Part shown: positions 10,521 to 20,164 of the stretch, piece after piece
How positions within the stretch are numbered: position 1 is the first letter of the stretch
Layout: every line of letters begins with the position of its first letter
Source: Candidatus Wildermuthbacteria bacterium
GTDB taxonomy: Bacteria > Patescibacteriota > Minisyncoccia > Minisyncoccales > PEYH01
Assembly (NCBI GenBank): GCA_037445205.1
Contig: JBBIKX010000001.1
Span: 8,767 to 72,766, forward strand
Reading direction: 5' to 3'
DNA length: 64,000 nt
Program-made: the position numbers and the translations under genes
Notes under the pieces: model-generated
Seen by the model: the letters and a program-made list of their open reading frames with translations, nothing else
Database searches by the model: none
Told to the model about the DNA's origin: nothing

Positions 10521-11088
10521 AGATATGACCGTAAGAATAAAAGAACAATTTGGAGAAAAGATAAACCTGAAAATGAAGGAGCTTTTTGGATATCGAAGCC
10601 GTCTTTCAGCGCCCAAGATAAAAAAGGTTGTTGTAAATGTCGGATTCGGAAATTTGGTGGCTAACAAATCAAAGCAAGAGAGAGAAAAAATATACGAAGA
10701 AATAGCCAAAGATTTAGCGATCATAACCGGGCAGAAACCGATTGCCACCAGAGCAAAAAAATCCATTGCGGCTTTTAAAGTAAGAAGCGGCATGGCTTTA
10801 GGCGCCAAAGTAACTCTTAGGCGCCAGAAAATGAATGATTTTTTGGAAAGATTGATTAATATCGCCCTTCCCCGCACAAGGGATTTTAAGGGCATTGATC
10901 TTAAATGTATTGATCAGGGAGGCAATTTGAATTTTGGAATTAAAGAGCAGATTTCTTTTCCCGAGATTGCCCCGGAAAAGATTAAAAGAATTTTTGGTTT
11001 TGAAATTACCATAGTGACAAGCGCAAAAAGCCCAAAAGAGGCGATAGAATTATTTAAACTGCTTGGCTTTCCCTTAAAAAATCAATAA
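10513..11088 (+). CDS. rplE: 50S ribosomal protein L5
   Basis: 191 aa. L5 motifs. Confidence 0.93.
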   Translation: MTKDMTVRIKEQFGEKINLKMKELFGYRSRLSAPKIKKVVVNVGFGNLVANKSKQEREKIYEEIAKDLAIITGQKPIATRAKKSIAAFKVRSGMALGAKVTLRRQKMNDFLERLINIALPRTRDFKGIDLKCIDQGGNLNFGIKEQISFPEIAPEKIKRIFGFEITIVTSAKSPKEAIELFKLLGFPLKNQ

Positions 11089-11097
11089 GATTTAAAT

Positions 11098-11283
11098 ATG
11101 GCTACAGAAGCGCAAATATACAAATCTTTAAAAAATCCGAAATTCAGCTCAAGAATTATGAGAAGATGTTTTAGATGCGGAAGAAAAAAGGGATATCTGA
11201 GAAAATTTGGCCTTTGTAGAATTTGTTTCAGAGAATTAGCGCATAAAGGCCTTATTCCCGGAATCAGAAAATCAAGCTGGTAA
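11098..11283 (+). CDS. rpsZ: 30S ribosomal protein S14 type Z (zinc-binding)
   Basis: 61 aa with [23 protein letters not shown]. Confidence 0.93.
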   Translation: MATEAQIYKSLKNPKFSSRIMRRCFRCGRKKGYLRKFGLCRICFRELAHKGLIPGIRKSSW

Positions 11284-11305
11284 ATTACATTTATTAAAAA
11301 AAGAT

Positions 11306-11692
11306 ATGGATTCAATCGCAGAAATGCTAATTAGGATAAAAAACGCCCAATCCGCAGGGAAGCCGACGGTGGATGTTGATTATTCTTCCGTAAAATATCA
11401 AATAGCGAATATTCTTGTAAAGAAGGATTTTCTTGAGGCGGTGGAGCGGAAATTCAAAAAGCAAAAAAAGTTTTTAAGATTAATTTTAAAATATGTAGAC
11501 AAAGAGCCGAAAATGAGGGGAGTAAAAAGGATTTCCAAGCCGGGGAGAAGAGTTTATTTGCCGTCTAAAAAAATAAAATCTTCAAAAGGAGTTTTTAGCG
11601 TTGTTATTGTCTCTACCTCTCAGGGGATAATGTCTCACATAGACGCGCGAAAGAAGAATTTGGGAGGAGAAATTATTTGTGAAGTCTGGTAA
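11306..11692 (+). CDS. rpsH: 30S ribosomal protein S8
   Basis: 128 aa. S8 core. Confidence 0.92.
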   Translation: MDSIAEMLIRIKNAQSAGKPTVDVDYSSVKYQIANILVKKDFLEAVERKFKKQKKFLRLILKYVDKEPKMRGVKRISKPGRRVYLPSKKIKSSKGVFSVVIVSTSQGIMSHIDARKKNLGGEIICEVW

Positions 11693-11694
11693 AT

Positions 11695-12246
11695 ATGTCC
11701 CGCTTATCAAAAAAACCAATTGTTATTCCCGCCGGCATAGAAGCCGAGATTTTGCAAGGCACGATTAGGATAAAAGGCCCCAAGGGCGAGCTTTCTTTTA
11801 CTTTACATCCAAAGATAGAGATTTTAAAAGAGAGCAAAAAAATAAAAATTAAGACAAAAACCCTGACAAAGAAAACGAAATCTCTTTTGGGCCTTAGTAT
11901 AAGAATGATTTGCGCAATGATTGAGGGGGTTATTAAGGGATATGAAAAACAGTTAATAATAGAAGGAGTTGGATATAAGGCGAACGTAGAAGGAGAAGAT
12001 TTGATTTTGGAGGCGGGCTTCTCTCATAAGGTGAAAATGAAAATTCCCGAGGGCCTGAAAATAACTGTTGCCAAGAATGTTATCAGCATCTTGGGCGCAG
12101 ACAAGCAGGTTGTTGGCGAATTTGCCGCCAGAATTAAAAAAATAAAACCGCCCGAGCCGTATAAAGGAAAGGGGATTAGATATGCAAACGAAAAAATCAA
12201 AAAGAAATTTAGCAAAAAAGCAACTGCGGCCGCCAGCGCCGCTTAG
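11695..12246 (+). CDS. rplF: 50S ribosomal protein L6
   Basis: 183 aa. L6 two-domain pattern. Confidence 0.92.
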   Translation: MSRLSKKPIVIPAGIEAEILQGTIRIKGPKGELSFTLHPKIEILKESKKIKIKTKTLTKKTKSLLGLSIRMICAMIEGVIKGYEKQLIIEGVGYKANVEGEDLILEAGFSHKVKMKIPEGLKITVAKNVISILGADKQVVGEFAARIKKIKPPEPYKGKGIRYANEKIKKKFSKKATAAASAA

Positions 12247-12262
12247 CGGATTCATATAAAAA

Positions 12263-12688
12263 ATGCCCAGCAAATTATCAAAAATTAAAAAAAGAATAAG
12301 AAGGCATAAAAGATGCAGAGCAAAGATTTTTGGCACGGCGCTAAAACCGCGACTTTGCGTTTTTCGCTCAAATAAACATATTTATGCGCAGTTGATTGAT
12401 GATGAAAAAAGAAAAGTATTGCTGTCGGCAAGCGATTTTGAAGTTAAGGGCCAAAAAAACAAAGCGCCATCTTTAAAAATTAAGGATAAAAACAAAAATG
12501 ATTCAAAAAAAGAGGATATTTTGCAAAGCGTTAAAAGGTCTATTGCTTATAAGGTTGGAGCTTTAATCGCCCAAAAAGCTTTTGCCAAAAAAATCAAAAA
12601 AATAGTCTTTGACAGGGGCGGATATAAATATCATGGCCGGGTTAGAGCGCTTGCAGAGGGAGCGCGCAACGAAGGTCTGGAATTTTAA
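12263..12688 (+). CDS. rplR: 50S ribosomal protein L18 (lysine-rich insertion)
   Basis: 141 aa with RLCVFRSNKHIYAQLIDD and a C-terminal FDRGGYKYHGRVRALAEGAR. Confidence 0.9.
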   Translation: MPSKLSKIKKRIRRHKRCRAKIFGTALKPRLCVFRSNKHIYAQLIDDEKRKVLLSASDFEVKGQKNKAPSLKIKDKNKNDSKKEDILQSVKRSIAYKVGALIAQKAFAKKIKKIVFDRGGYKYHGRVRALAEGARNEGLEF

Positions 12689-12693
12689 TTTTT

Positions 12694-13170
12694 ATGGAAA
12701 AAAAAGGTTTTAGAAAATTTAATCAAAAGCCGGCGGATGATTTTGTTTCCGAGTTTTTGGAAGTGAGGAGGGTGACAAAGGTTACAACCGGAGGGAAGAA
12801 ATTAAGATTTCGCGGCATTGTTGTTATAGGCGATAAGAAGGGAAAGGTTGGTTTGGGAGTGGCAAAGGGAAAAGATGTCGCCCAGGCGATTGAAAAAGCA
12901 GAAGCATCGGCAAGAAAAAATATAATTGATGTGCCCATCGTTGAGGGAACCATACCGCACGAAGTTATGGCAAAATTCGGCGCGGCAGTTATTCTTTTAA
13001 GACCCCAAAGAAAAGGAAGGGGGTTGGTTGCGGGCGGAACAGTGAGGGTTATTTGTCAGCTTGCAGGCATTAAAAACATTTCTTCAAAAACCCTTGGAAC
13101 AACAAGAAACAAGCTGAATAACGCCCGGGCAACTCTTAGAGCGATAAAGCAATTAAGGATAAAAAAGTAG
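12694..13170 (+). CDS. rpsE: 30S ribosomal protein S5
   Basis: 158 aa. S5 dsRBD plus C-terminal domain. It is followed directly by rplO, with no rpmD (L30) between. Confidence 0.93.
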   Translation: MEKKGFRKFNQKPADDFVSEFLEVRRVTKVTTGGKKLRFRGIVVIGDKKGKVGLGVAKGKDVAQAIEKAEASARKNIIDVPIVEGTIPHEVMAKFGAAVILLRPQRKGRGLVAGGTVRVICQLAGIKNISSKTLGTTRNKLNNARATLRAIKQLRIKK

Positions 13171-13173
13171 TTT

Positions 13174-13617
13174 ATGCAAATTCACCAGATTAAGCCAAAA
13201 AATCCCCGCAAAAGGAAAAAACGGATCGGAAGGGGAGGCAAAAGAGGGGTTTTTTCCGGAAAGGGAACCAAAGGACAGAAATCGCGCGCAGGAAGAAGAA
13301 TGCAGCCCCTTATCAGAACCCTCATTAAAAAATATCCAAAACTCAGAGGATATAGCTTTAAGGCAAAAAATAAAAATCAAAATTCAAAAATCGCCGCTTT
13401 GAATATAGAAACCTTAGAAAAACAATTTCAAGACGGGGATAAGGTTTCTTTTAAGAGTTTGCTTGAAAAAAGAATAATTCGTAAAATAAAAGGAGCAGCG
13501 CCCAGAGTAAAAATTTTAGGAAGGGGCAATTTAAACAAAAAAATTACAATTGAAAAATGCATGGTTTCCAAAACCGCCCGGGAGAAAATTAAAAAAACGG
13601 GCGGAAAGATTTTATAA
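13174..13617 (+). CDS. rplO: 50S ribosomal protein L15
   Basis: 147 aa with the RIGRGGKRG... motif. Confidence 0.92.
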   Translation: MQIHQIKPKNPRKRKKRIGRGGKRGVFSGKGTKGQKSRAGRRMQPLIRTLIKKYPKLRGYSFKAKNKNQNSKIAALNIETLEKQFQDGDKVSFKSLLEKRIIRKIKGAAPRVKILGRGNLNKKITIEKCMVSKTAREKIKKTGGKIL

Positions 13618-13620
13618 TTT

Positions 13621-14913
13621 TTGAAAATGTGGTCTGGCAAGCTTTTACAAATTTTTAAAATACGCGATTTAAGGAAAAAGATTTTCTTCGTTTTGCTGAT
13701 TTTTATTGTTTTCAGAATGATGGCAAACATTCCCGCGCCGGGAGTAAATACGGAAAATTTAAAAGAATTCTTTCAAAGATTTCAGGTCTTTGGCCTGATG
13801 AATATTTTTGCGGGCGGGGCGATGGAAAATGTTTCTATCGCCATGCTTGGATTGGGTCCCTATATTACAGCTACCATTATTTTTCAGCTCTTAACCCTTA
13901 TTTTTCCAGCTCTTGAGAGAATGTATAAGGAAGAAGGCGATGCGGGGAGAAAAAAATTCAATCAATATGCAAGAATTGTAACTGTGCCGCTGGCTCTTGT
14001 TCAGGCATATGCGATGCTTTCCTTTTTTCAAAAACAGAACGCGGTGAGTTTTGATTCTTCGTTTTCTCTTTTGGCGTCTGTGGTGGCGGTGACGGCGGGC
14101 AGTATTTTTCTGATGTGGCTTGGAGAATTAATTACAACAAGGGGTATCGGCAATGGCGTATCCCTTTTAATTTTTGCGGGAATTGTCGCGCGCCTGCCCC
14201 TAAATATCTGGGAAATAATGGTGAAATGGGAACGTTCCCAAATTCCATTCTATGCTTTGTTTTTGGCATCAATATTCGCGATTATATTCGGAGTTGTTTT
14301 TGTGACAGAGGCCAGAAGGAATATTCCCGTCTCCTACGCCAAAAGGGTGAGAGGGTCAAAAATTTATGGAGGGGTTTCTACGTATCTTCCTATGAGTGTT
14401 AATCCTGCGGGGGTTATTCCGATTATTTTCGCCCTTTCCATTATGATTTTTCCGGGGATGATCGCTAATTTTTTAACGGGCGCAGGGGGCAAAGTTGGTC
14501 TTGTTGCTCAGGCAATAGCGAATTTTTTTGATCCCCAAAAACATCCCTTTGGGCATGGCGCTATGTATTTCGCCCTTGTTTTCATCTTCACATATTTTTA
14601 TACGATGGTTACTTTTGATCCCAAAACTATTTCTTCTAACTTGCAAAAAATGGGCGGATTTGTTCCCGGTATTAGGCCCGGAACATCAACGGTGCAACAT
14701 CTTTCATTCATACTGCACAGGGTTTTATTTATCGGAGCCCTTTTTCTAGCCGCGATCGCTGTCATGCCTTCTATTATTCAGGGAATAACAAGAATAACTG
14801 CTCTGCAGTTTCTAATCGGGGGTACTTCTGTTTTGATTATGGTGAGCGTTATTTTGGAAATGGTGAAGCAGATTAATTCTCAGCTCCAGATGCGGGAGTA
14901 CGAAACAATTTAA
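13621..14913 (+). CDS. secY: Preprotein translocase subunit SecY
   Basis: 430 aa, ten TM segments, SecY signature. Confidence 0.93.
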   Translation: MKMWSGKLLQIFKIRDLRKKIFFVLLIFIVFRMMANIPAPGVNTENLKEFFQRFQVFGLMNIFAGGAMENVSIAMLGLGPYITATIIFQLLTLIFPALERMYKEEGDAGRKKFNQYARIVTVPLALVQAYAMLSFFQKQNAVSFDSSFSLLASVVAVTAGSIFLMWLGELITTRGIGNGVSLLIFAGIVARLPLNIWEIMVKWERSQIPFYALFLASIFAIIFGVVFVTEARRNIPVSYAKRVRGSKIYGGVSTYLPMSVNPAGVIPIIFALSIMIFPGMIANFLTGAGGKVGLVAQAIANFFDPQKHPFGHGAMYFALVFIFTYFYTMVTFDPKTISSNLQKMGGFVPGIRPGTSTVQHLSFILHRVLFIGALFLAAIAVMPSIIQGITRITALQFLIGGTSVLIMVSVILEMVKQINSQLQMREYETI

Positions 14914-14936
14914 TTGCGCCTCTTTTGACCTAAAAC

Positions 14937-15656
14937 ATGTCGGAGTTAAAAAAAATAGACAGCCAGAGGATTATTATTGTTATTGGACCTCCGGGATCGG
15001 GCAAGGGAACTCAGGCAATTCTTCTTGCCGATAAATTGGGGTTATATTATTTTGAAACAAGCAAAATAATAGAGCTTAACGTGATGAATGCAAAGAAAGG
15101 AGAGTGGCAGATGGTTGAGGGTAAAAAATATTTTCTTGAAAACGAAAAAATAATATGGGAGAAAGGGGGATTGTGCAGTCCGCCGATAGTAACTTTTTGG
15201 GTCAAGGAAAAAATTAAAAATTTGGCAAACGAAAATCAAGGTATTATTTTTGCGGGTAGTCCTAGAACTATTTACGAAGCAGAAAACCTAATGCCTCTGC
15301 TGGAAAAACTTTATAAAAAAGAAAATATCAAGATTGTTTTGTTAGATTTGCCCCCGGAGCAGACATTGTGGCGCAATTCAAGAAGAAAAATCTGCACATT
15401 AATGCGCCATCCGATTATTTATCATCAGGAAACAAAAAAACTGAAAATTTGCCCGCTCGACGGCTCTAAGCTGGTGACAAGAGTGGGGCTTGACAGTAAA
15501 AAATCAATCAAATTAAGAGTTGAACAGTATCAAATCAGAACCTTTCCGGTTATAGACTATCTCAAGAAAAACCAATACGAAGTTGTAAAGATAAACGCGA
15601 TGCCCGCTCCATCAATAGTTTTTTCCGATATTTGCGACGCACTTGATATAAAATGA
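14937..15656 (+). CDS. adk: Adenylate kinase
   Basis: 239 aa with P-loop GPPGSGKGTQA and a LID region. Confidence 0.9.
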   Translation: MSELKKIDSQRIIIVIGPPGSGKGTQAILLADKLGLYYFETSKIIELNVMNAKKGEWQMVEGKKYFLENEKIIWEKGGLCSPPIVTFWVKEKIKNLANENQGIIFAGSPRTIYEAENLMPLLEKLYKKENIKIVLLDLPPEQTLWRNSRRKICTLMRHPIIYHQETKKLKICPLDGSKLVTRVGLDSKKSIKLRVEQYQIRTFPVIDYLKKNQYEVVKINAMPAPSIVFSDICDALDIK

Positions 15657-16405
15657 GAGAAATTCCCGTTAAAACCAAAGAAGAAATAGAAATTATGGCC
15701 AGGGCCGGAAAAATCCTGGCTTTAATTTTAGATTCTTTAAAAAAAGAGATTCGAGCCGGCATAAAAACAAAAGATTTAGACTTAAAGGCCCGTCAATTAA
15801 TTAATTTTTACAAAGCGAAGCCAGCTTTTCTGGGATACGATAATTTTCCGGCTGTTTTATGCGTTTCCGTGAACGACATAATCGTCCACGGAGTGCCCTC
15901 TGATCATCAATTAAAAACAGGGGATATTATAAGCCTGGATCTTGGAATAAAATATGGCGGTTTTTATGTTGATATGGCGGTTACGATGCCGGTTGGAAAA
16001 GTTGATTCCGAGGCCTTAAGATTGATAAAAACCACAAAAAAAGCGCTCAAAAGAGCAATCAAAAAAGTCAGGCCCGGGAACACTTTTGGCGATGTCAGCA
16101 ACACTATTCAAAGATATATTGAGAAGCGGGGATTTTTTGTGATAAAAGATCTGTGCGGGCATGGCATCGGGAAAAAGCTTCACGAACCGCCGGAAATTTT
16201 AAATTATGGCAAAAGAAAAACAGGTCCTTTGTTGCGCGAAGGAATGGTTTTTTGTATAGAGCCAATGGCTTCAATCAGCGCTGAAAAAACAAAAAAATCC
16301 GATGATATCTGCGGATACAAAACGATTGATGGATCTCTGTCCGCCCATTTTGAACATACAGTGGCAGTGACAAAAAATGGGGCAAGGATTCTCACTAAAA
16401 TTTGA
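15653..16405 (+). CDS. map: Methionine aminopeptidase type I
   Basis: 250 aa with pita-bread-fold metal-binding residues. Confidence 0.92.
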   Translation: MREIPVKTKEEIEIMARAGKILALILDSLKKEIRAGIKTKDLDLKARQLINFYKAKPAFLGYDNFPAVLCVSVNDIIVHGVPSDHQLKTGDIISLDLGIKYGGFYVDMAVTMPVGKVDSEALRLIKTTKKALKRAIKKVRPGNTFGDVSNTIQRYIEKRGFFVIKDLCGHGIGKKLHEPPEILNYGKRKTGPLLREGMVFCIEPMASISAEKTKKSDDICGYKTIDGSLSAHFEHTVAVTKNGARILTKI

Positions 16406-16433
16406 CGATTGGATCATATTATATTACTATAAA
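16402..16433 (+). promoter_or_regulatory. Putative promoter of GC-rich cassette A (TTGACG-17-TACTAT)
   Basis: The -35 box at 16402-16407 overlaps the map stop codon and the -10 box is at 16425-16430. It is followed by aatcccaaaaaagataAGGAGGTag. Confidence 0.45.
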
Positions 16434-16461
16434 GAATCCCAAAAAAGATAAGGAGGTAGTG

Positions 16462-16839
16462 ATGAGAAGGATAACGCTTTTAGTAGGACTAGTTCCGCTT
16501 TCGCTCTGCACGGTTTTGGCGAGTCATTTCCTTGAGCTGCGCGGTTTCCATTACGAGCAAGCCGCTGTCTTATTTCTTCCTTTCTTAATATGGCTGACCT
16601 TATTGCGGCTTGTGGAAGGGTCAAGGGCTTGGATAGCTTGGATCGGATTTGGAACCGCCAGCGCATTGGGCGGTTTCGTTGTTTTTTCGGTGGTTCTGCA
16701 TCATCTTGCAGAGTGGAAAATAGGCCTTTGTCTCATCATGTTAGTTGCCTACTGTTTTGCCTGTGGGTTCGTTGGCCTGCTTGGTTACGATATCTGGAAG
16801 CTACAGCGCCACAATCGCGACAAGAAGAAAAAATCGTAA
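16462..16839 (+). CDS. Small integral membrane protein, about 4 TM (GC-rich cassette A)
   Basis: SD AAGGAGGT at 16449-16456 sits 5 nt before the ATG. The 125-aa hydrophobic protein has much higher GC than its flanks and is followed by a strong terminator. Confidence 0.6.
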   Translation: MRRITLLVGLVPLSLCTVLASHFLELRGFHYEQAAVLFLPFLIWLTLLRLVEGSRAWIAWIGFGTASALGGFVVFSVVLHHLAEWKIGLCLIMLVAYCFACGFVGLLGYDIWKLQRHNRDKKKKS

Positions 16840-16882
16840 CAAAGCAGAGCCGGGCAGATGGGGAAATTGAGGTTGGGATGTC

Positions 16883-16915
16883 GGGGGCATAGCTAGGCCC
16901 CCTTTTTCTTTTTTT
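16883..16915 (+). terminator. Rho-independent terminator of cassette A
   Basis: Stem gggggc/gccccc around loop atagctag, followed by tttttcttttttt. Confidence 0.75.
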
Positions 16916-16961
16916 GAAAAAGATGATAGAATAAAAAAGATAAAGAATTAATTTAAAAAAA

Positions 16962-17696
16962 ATGAAACTATCAATAATTATTCCCGCGTACAACGAAGAA
17001 AAAAGACTGCCCAAAACGCTTTTATCGATAGATAAGCATTTGAAAGGACAATCTTATGAATATGAGATTATTGTTGTAAGCGATGGTTCAAAAGACGACA
17101 CCGCAAAGATGGCTAATGATTTAAAGCCCAATGTTTCAGGCCTGAAAGTGATTGACAACAAGGAAAATCACGGCAAGGGATATGTCGTGAGGCAGGGAAT
17201 GCTTGAGGCAAGAGGAGATTATCGCATTTTCAGCGATGCTGATAATTCTACCACCATTGATCAGGTTGAAAGAATGTGGCCTTGGTTTGAAAAAGGATAC
17301 GACATCGTCATAGGATCAAGAGATGTTGAGGGTTCTGTTTTAAATCCTCCCCAGCCCTGGCTCAGAAAAGTTATCTTTGGAGGAGGGTTCAAGCTGGTCA
17401 GAAAATTTATAATCGGCCTTTGGAATATAAATGATACCCAGTGCGGCTTTAAATGCTTTACAAAAAAAGCCGCGGAAGACATTTTCTCTTCTTCAAAAAT
17501 TGACGGCTTTGCGTTTGATGTGGAAATACTGGTTTTGGCGAAGAGAATGAAGCATAAAATCAAAGAAATACCAATTACCTGGATAAATGACGTTGAGTCA
17601 AAAGTGAAATTAAAACATGTTTTCAAAATGTTTTTGGAAATGCTTAAATTGAGAAAGGATTTAGTTTTTGGAAAATATGGAAAAAGAAGAATCTAA
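16962..17696 (+). CDS. Family 2 glycosyltransferase (dolichyl-phosphate-sugar transferase-like)
   Basis: 244 aa with IIIPAYNEE...VVSDGSKDDT...DAD motifs. Confidence 0.85.
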   Translation: MKLSIIIPAYNEEKRLPKTLLSIDKHLKGQSYEYEIIVVSDGSKDDTAKMANDLKPNVSGLKVIDNKENHGKGYVVRQGMLEARGDYRIFSDADNSTTIDQVERMWPWFEKGYDIVIGSRDVEGSVLNPPQPWLRKVIFGGGFKLVRKFIIGLWNINDTQCGFKCFTKKAAEDIFSSSKIDGFAFDVEILVLAKRMKHKIKEIPITWINDVESKVKLKHVFKMFLEMLKLRKDLVFGKYGKRRI

Positions 17697-18726
17697 TCCA
17701 TTTCCGTCACAGCTGCGCTATGATTTGGTTTCAAAAGACTGGGTAATTATCGCCACGGGCCGGGCAAAAAAACCCCAGCTTTTTAAGCAGGCAAGAAAAC
17801 CCCAACAAGCAGTCAGGAGAAAAGATTGCCCATTTTGCAAAACAGAAACGCAATTGTTGCCCACCCTTGTTTTTTCCAATGGAAAAAGACAAGACCTGAA
17901 AAAAAACAATGGCAAAATTCCAAAAAATTGGACAACCGTCGTTATTCCCAACAAATACCCGGCCCTTTTACCCCACCCCGATCTTGGTAAAAAAATGGAA
18001 GGCGGGCTTTATCAAACAATGAACGCGGTCGGTTTTCACGAGGTTGTGGTTACCAGAAATCATCAAAAAACAATGGCAAAGTTTTCTTTAAAGGAAGCAA
18101 AAGAACTTATGGATGTTTATCAGGCAAGATATCTTGATTTAATGAAGAAAAAATTCGTAAATTATATTTCCATATTTCATAACCATGGCCAGGCGGCCGG
18201 CGCCTCCATAGAACATCCTCACTCTCAAATTATTACAACGCCCCTGATCGATTCGGATTTAAACAAAGCGCTTATCAACGGCCATAGATATTTTAAGAAA
18301 TTCAAAGAATGCATCTATTGCAGGATGAATAGATGGGAAATAAGAGCGAAAAAAAGAATTATTTTTGAAAATAAAAATTTTATTGCCGTTTGCCCTTTTG
18401 CCTCTAAAGCCGCTTTTCAGGTCATTATATCGCCCAAAAAACACCTTTCTTATTTTGAGCGAATAACAGAAAAAGAAAAAATTGATTTGGCAGATGCTTT
18501 TAGAACGGCTTGCGCAAAGCTTGAAAAAGGCCTAAATAGCCCCGCTTATAATTTTTATCTTCACACCGCCCCTTGCGACAGAAAAAAATATCCCTTTTAT
18601 CATTGGCACTGGACTATTATTCCCAAGACATCGACTTGGGCCGGTTTTGAAATCGGCACAAGAATTGAAATTTCCACCATTGAGCCCGAAAAAGCAGCGC
18701 AGTATTTAAGAGAACAAAGGACTTAA
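17668..18726 (+). CDS. GalT-family (galactose-1-phosphate uridylyltransferase-like) HIT-superfamily nucleotidyltransferase
   Basis: 352 aa with CPFC zinc motif and HPHSQ active-site motif. Confidence 0.7.
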   Translation: MENMEKEESNPFPSQLRYDLVSKDWVIIATGRAKKPQLFKQARKPQQAVRRKDCPFCKTETQLLPTLVFSNGKRQDLKKNNGKIPKNWTTVVIPNKYPALLPHPDLGKKMEGGLYQTMNAVGFHEVVVTRNHQKTMAKFSLKEAKELMDVYQARYLDLMKKKFVNYISIFHNHGQAAGASIEHPHSQIITTPLIDSDLNKALINGHRYFKKFKECIYCRMNRWEIRAKKRIIFENKNFIAVCPFASKAAFQVIISPKKHLSYFERITEKEKIDLADAFRTACAKLEKGLNSPAYNFYLHTAPCDRKKYPFYHWHWTIIPKTSTWAGFEIGTRIEISTIEPEKAAQYLREQRT

Positions 18727-18840
18727 GTTTTTTGTAATGGGGAAAAATATATCTGGAAAGCATAGAGGGGGTTGGCACGAGATTTACGCTTGTTTTTCCG
18801 TTTGCAAGACAGAGCTACTTAAAATCAGCTCAAAAGTCTT

Positions 18841-19587
18841 ATGAATAAAACAATAATTATAGCAAACTGGAAATGCAATCCGAATTCTCTAAAAGAGGCA
18901 AAAAATATTTTTGGAAAAATCAAAAAATCCCTTAGCCGTTTTAAAAAGATAGAAATAGTGGTTTGCGCGCCATTTGTCTATCTTTTTTCTTTAAAAAATA
19001 TCGCGGGAGGGAATATTCTTCTGGGCGCCCAAGATGTTTTTTGGGAAGAGGGGGGAGCGTTTACAAGCCAAATTTCTTCTTTAATGCTTAAAGACGCCGG
19101 ATGCAAATACGTGATAATTGGCCATAGCGAAAGAAGGAGATTCGGAGAGAGCGATGTAACGATAAATAAAAAGATTAAGAAGGCGATTTCTTTTGGGTTA
19201 AATGTTATTTTTTGTGTTGGGGAAACAAAGGAGGAAAGAGAAAAAGGAAGGACGTTTGAAGCGGTGTCAGGGCAGTTAAAAATTGGGTTGGGCGGTGTAT
19301 CAAAAAACTTGACGAAAAATATCATTATCGCCTATGAGCCGGTTTGGGCGATAAATCCGGGAAAACCCTGTTTATATGACGACGCCATGACAATGAATAT
19401 TTTTATTAAAAAAAATCTTGTTAAAATTTTTGGAAAGAATTTTTCCCAGAAAATAAGAATAATTTACGGAGGGAGCGTTGATTCCCAAAACGCAAAAGAT
19501 TATATAGAAAAAACGCTTATGAAAGGATTATTGGTTGGATCCGCTTCTTTAACAGAAGATTTTATAAAGATAGCAAAAAAAATATAA
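18841..19587 (+). CDS. tpiA: Triosephosphate isomerase
   Basis: 248 aa with ANWKCN, IGHSERR and YEPVWAI motifs. Confidence 0.92.
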   Translation: MNKTIIIANWKCNPNSLKEAKNIFGKIKKSLSRFKKIEIVVCAPFVYLFSLKNIAGGNILLGAQDVFWEEGGAFTSQISSLMLKDAGCKYVIIGHSERRRFGESDVTINKKIKKAISFGLNVIFCVGETKEEREKGRTFEAVSGQLKIGLGGVSKNLTKNIIIAYEPVWAINPGKPCLYDDAMTMNIFIKKNLVKIFGKNFSQKIRIIYGGSVDSQNAKDYIEKTLMKGLLVGSASLTEDFIKIAKKI

Positions 19588-19635
19588 TTTCTTGTTTTCG
19601 CCTGACCTTTTTGATAGTATATACAAAGAAATTTT

Positions 19636-20145
19636 ATGAAAGACATAACTTTCGGAAGGTTTTTTAATCCCACAAAGGGCTATATTGATTTTTCAGAAGT
19701 TTTAAATGAAATCTTTTTTTATTTTCAGGAGAGGCCGGAAAAATTTTATGAAGTTGTTTTGGGCTGCGATTCGTCTTCCCAAAAAGAGCCATTTTTTCCT
19801 GTGGCCATTGTTGTTTTAAGAAGAGGGGAGGGCGGAAGGTTTTTTTTGAAAAAAATCAAATATCGCCATAGAAAATTTTATAATCATCAACAAAGGATTT
19901 TAGAAGAAGTTTTTTTGTCCTGTCAGATGGCGCTTATCATAAAAGATAGGATTAACAATGAAATCAGGGGGAAAATACCAAATTTAAAATTGGAATTTAA
20001 ATATATCCATGCCGATGTGGGAACAAATGGATTGACCCGCGATATGATAAAGGAAGTGGTTGGATTGATCAAGGGGAACGGATTCGAGGCAAAAATCAAG
20101 CCCGAATCTTTTGCGGCTACGATTGTAGCCGATCGCTACTCCTAA
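19636..20145 (+). CDS. Hypothetical protein, possibly YkuK/DUF458-like RNase-H-fold
   Basis: 169 aa with GCDSS...GGRFFLKKI; assigned only from a remembered family resemblance. Confidence 0.35.
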   Translation: MKDITFGRFFNPTKGYIDFSEVLNEIFFYFQERPEKFYEVVLGCDSSSQKEPFFPVAIVVLRRGEGGRFFLKKIKYRHRKFYNHQQRILEEVFLSCQMALIIKDRINNEIRGKIPNLKLEFKYIHADVGTNGLTRDMIKEVVGLIKGNGFEAKIKPESFAATIVADRYS

Positions 20146-20164
20146 AAAATCAATAAAAAAGCCA

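Noticed and set aside
16427-17014. ORFs 16427..16666-, 16590..16892+, 16736..17014- around cassette A
   Set aside because: They overlap the SD-led membrane-protein gene and the terminator. No ribosome-binding site is present, and they are a GC-rich artefact.
18727-18840. The 114-nt GalT-tpiA intergenic region as a possible tRNA or small RNA
   Set aside because: Manual folding found no cloverleaf or conserved ncRNA motif. It was left unannotated.
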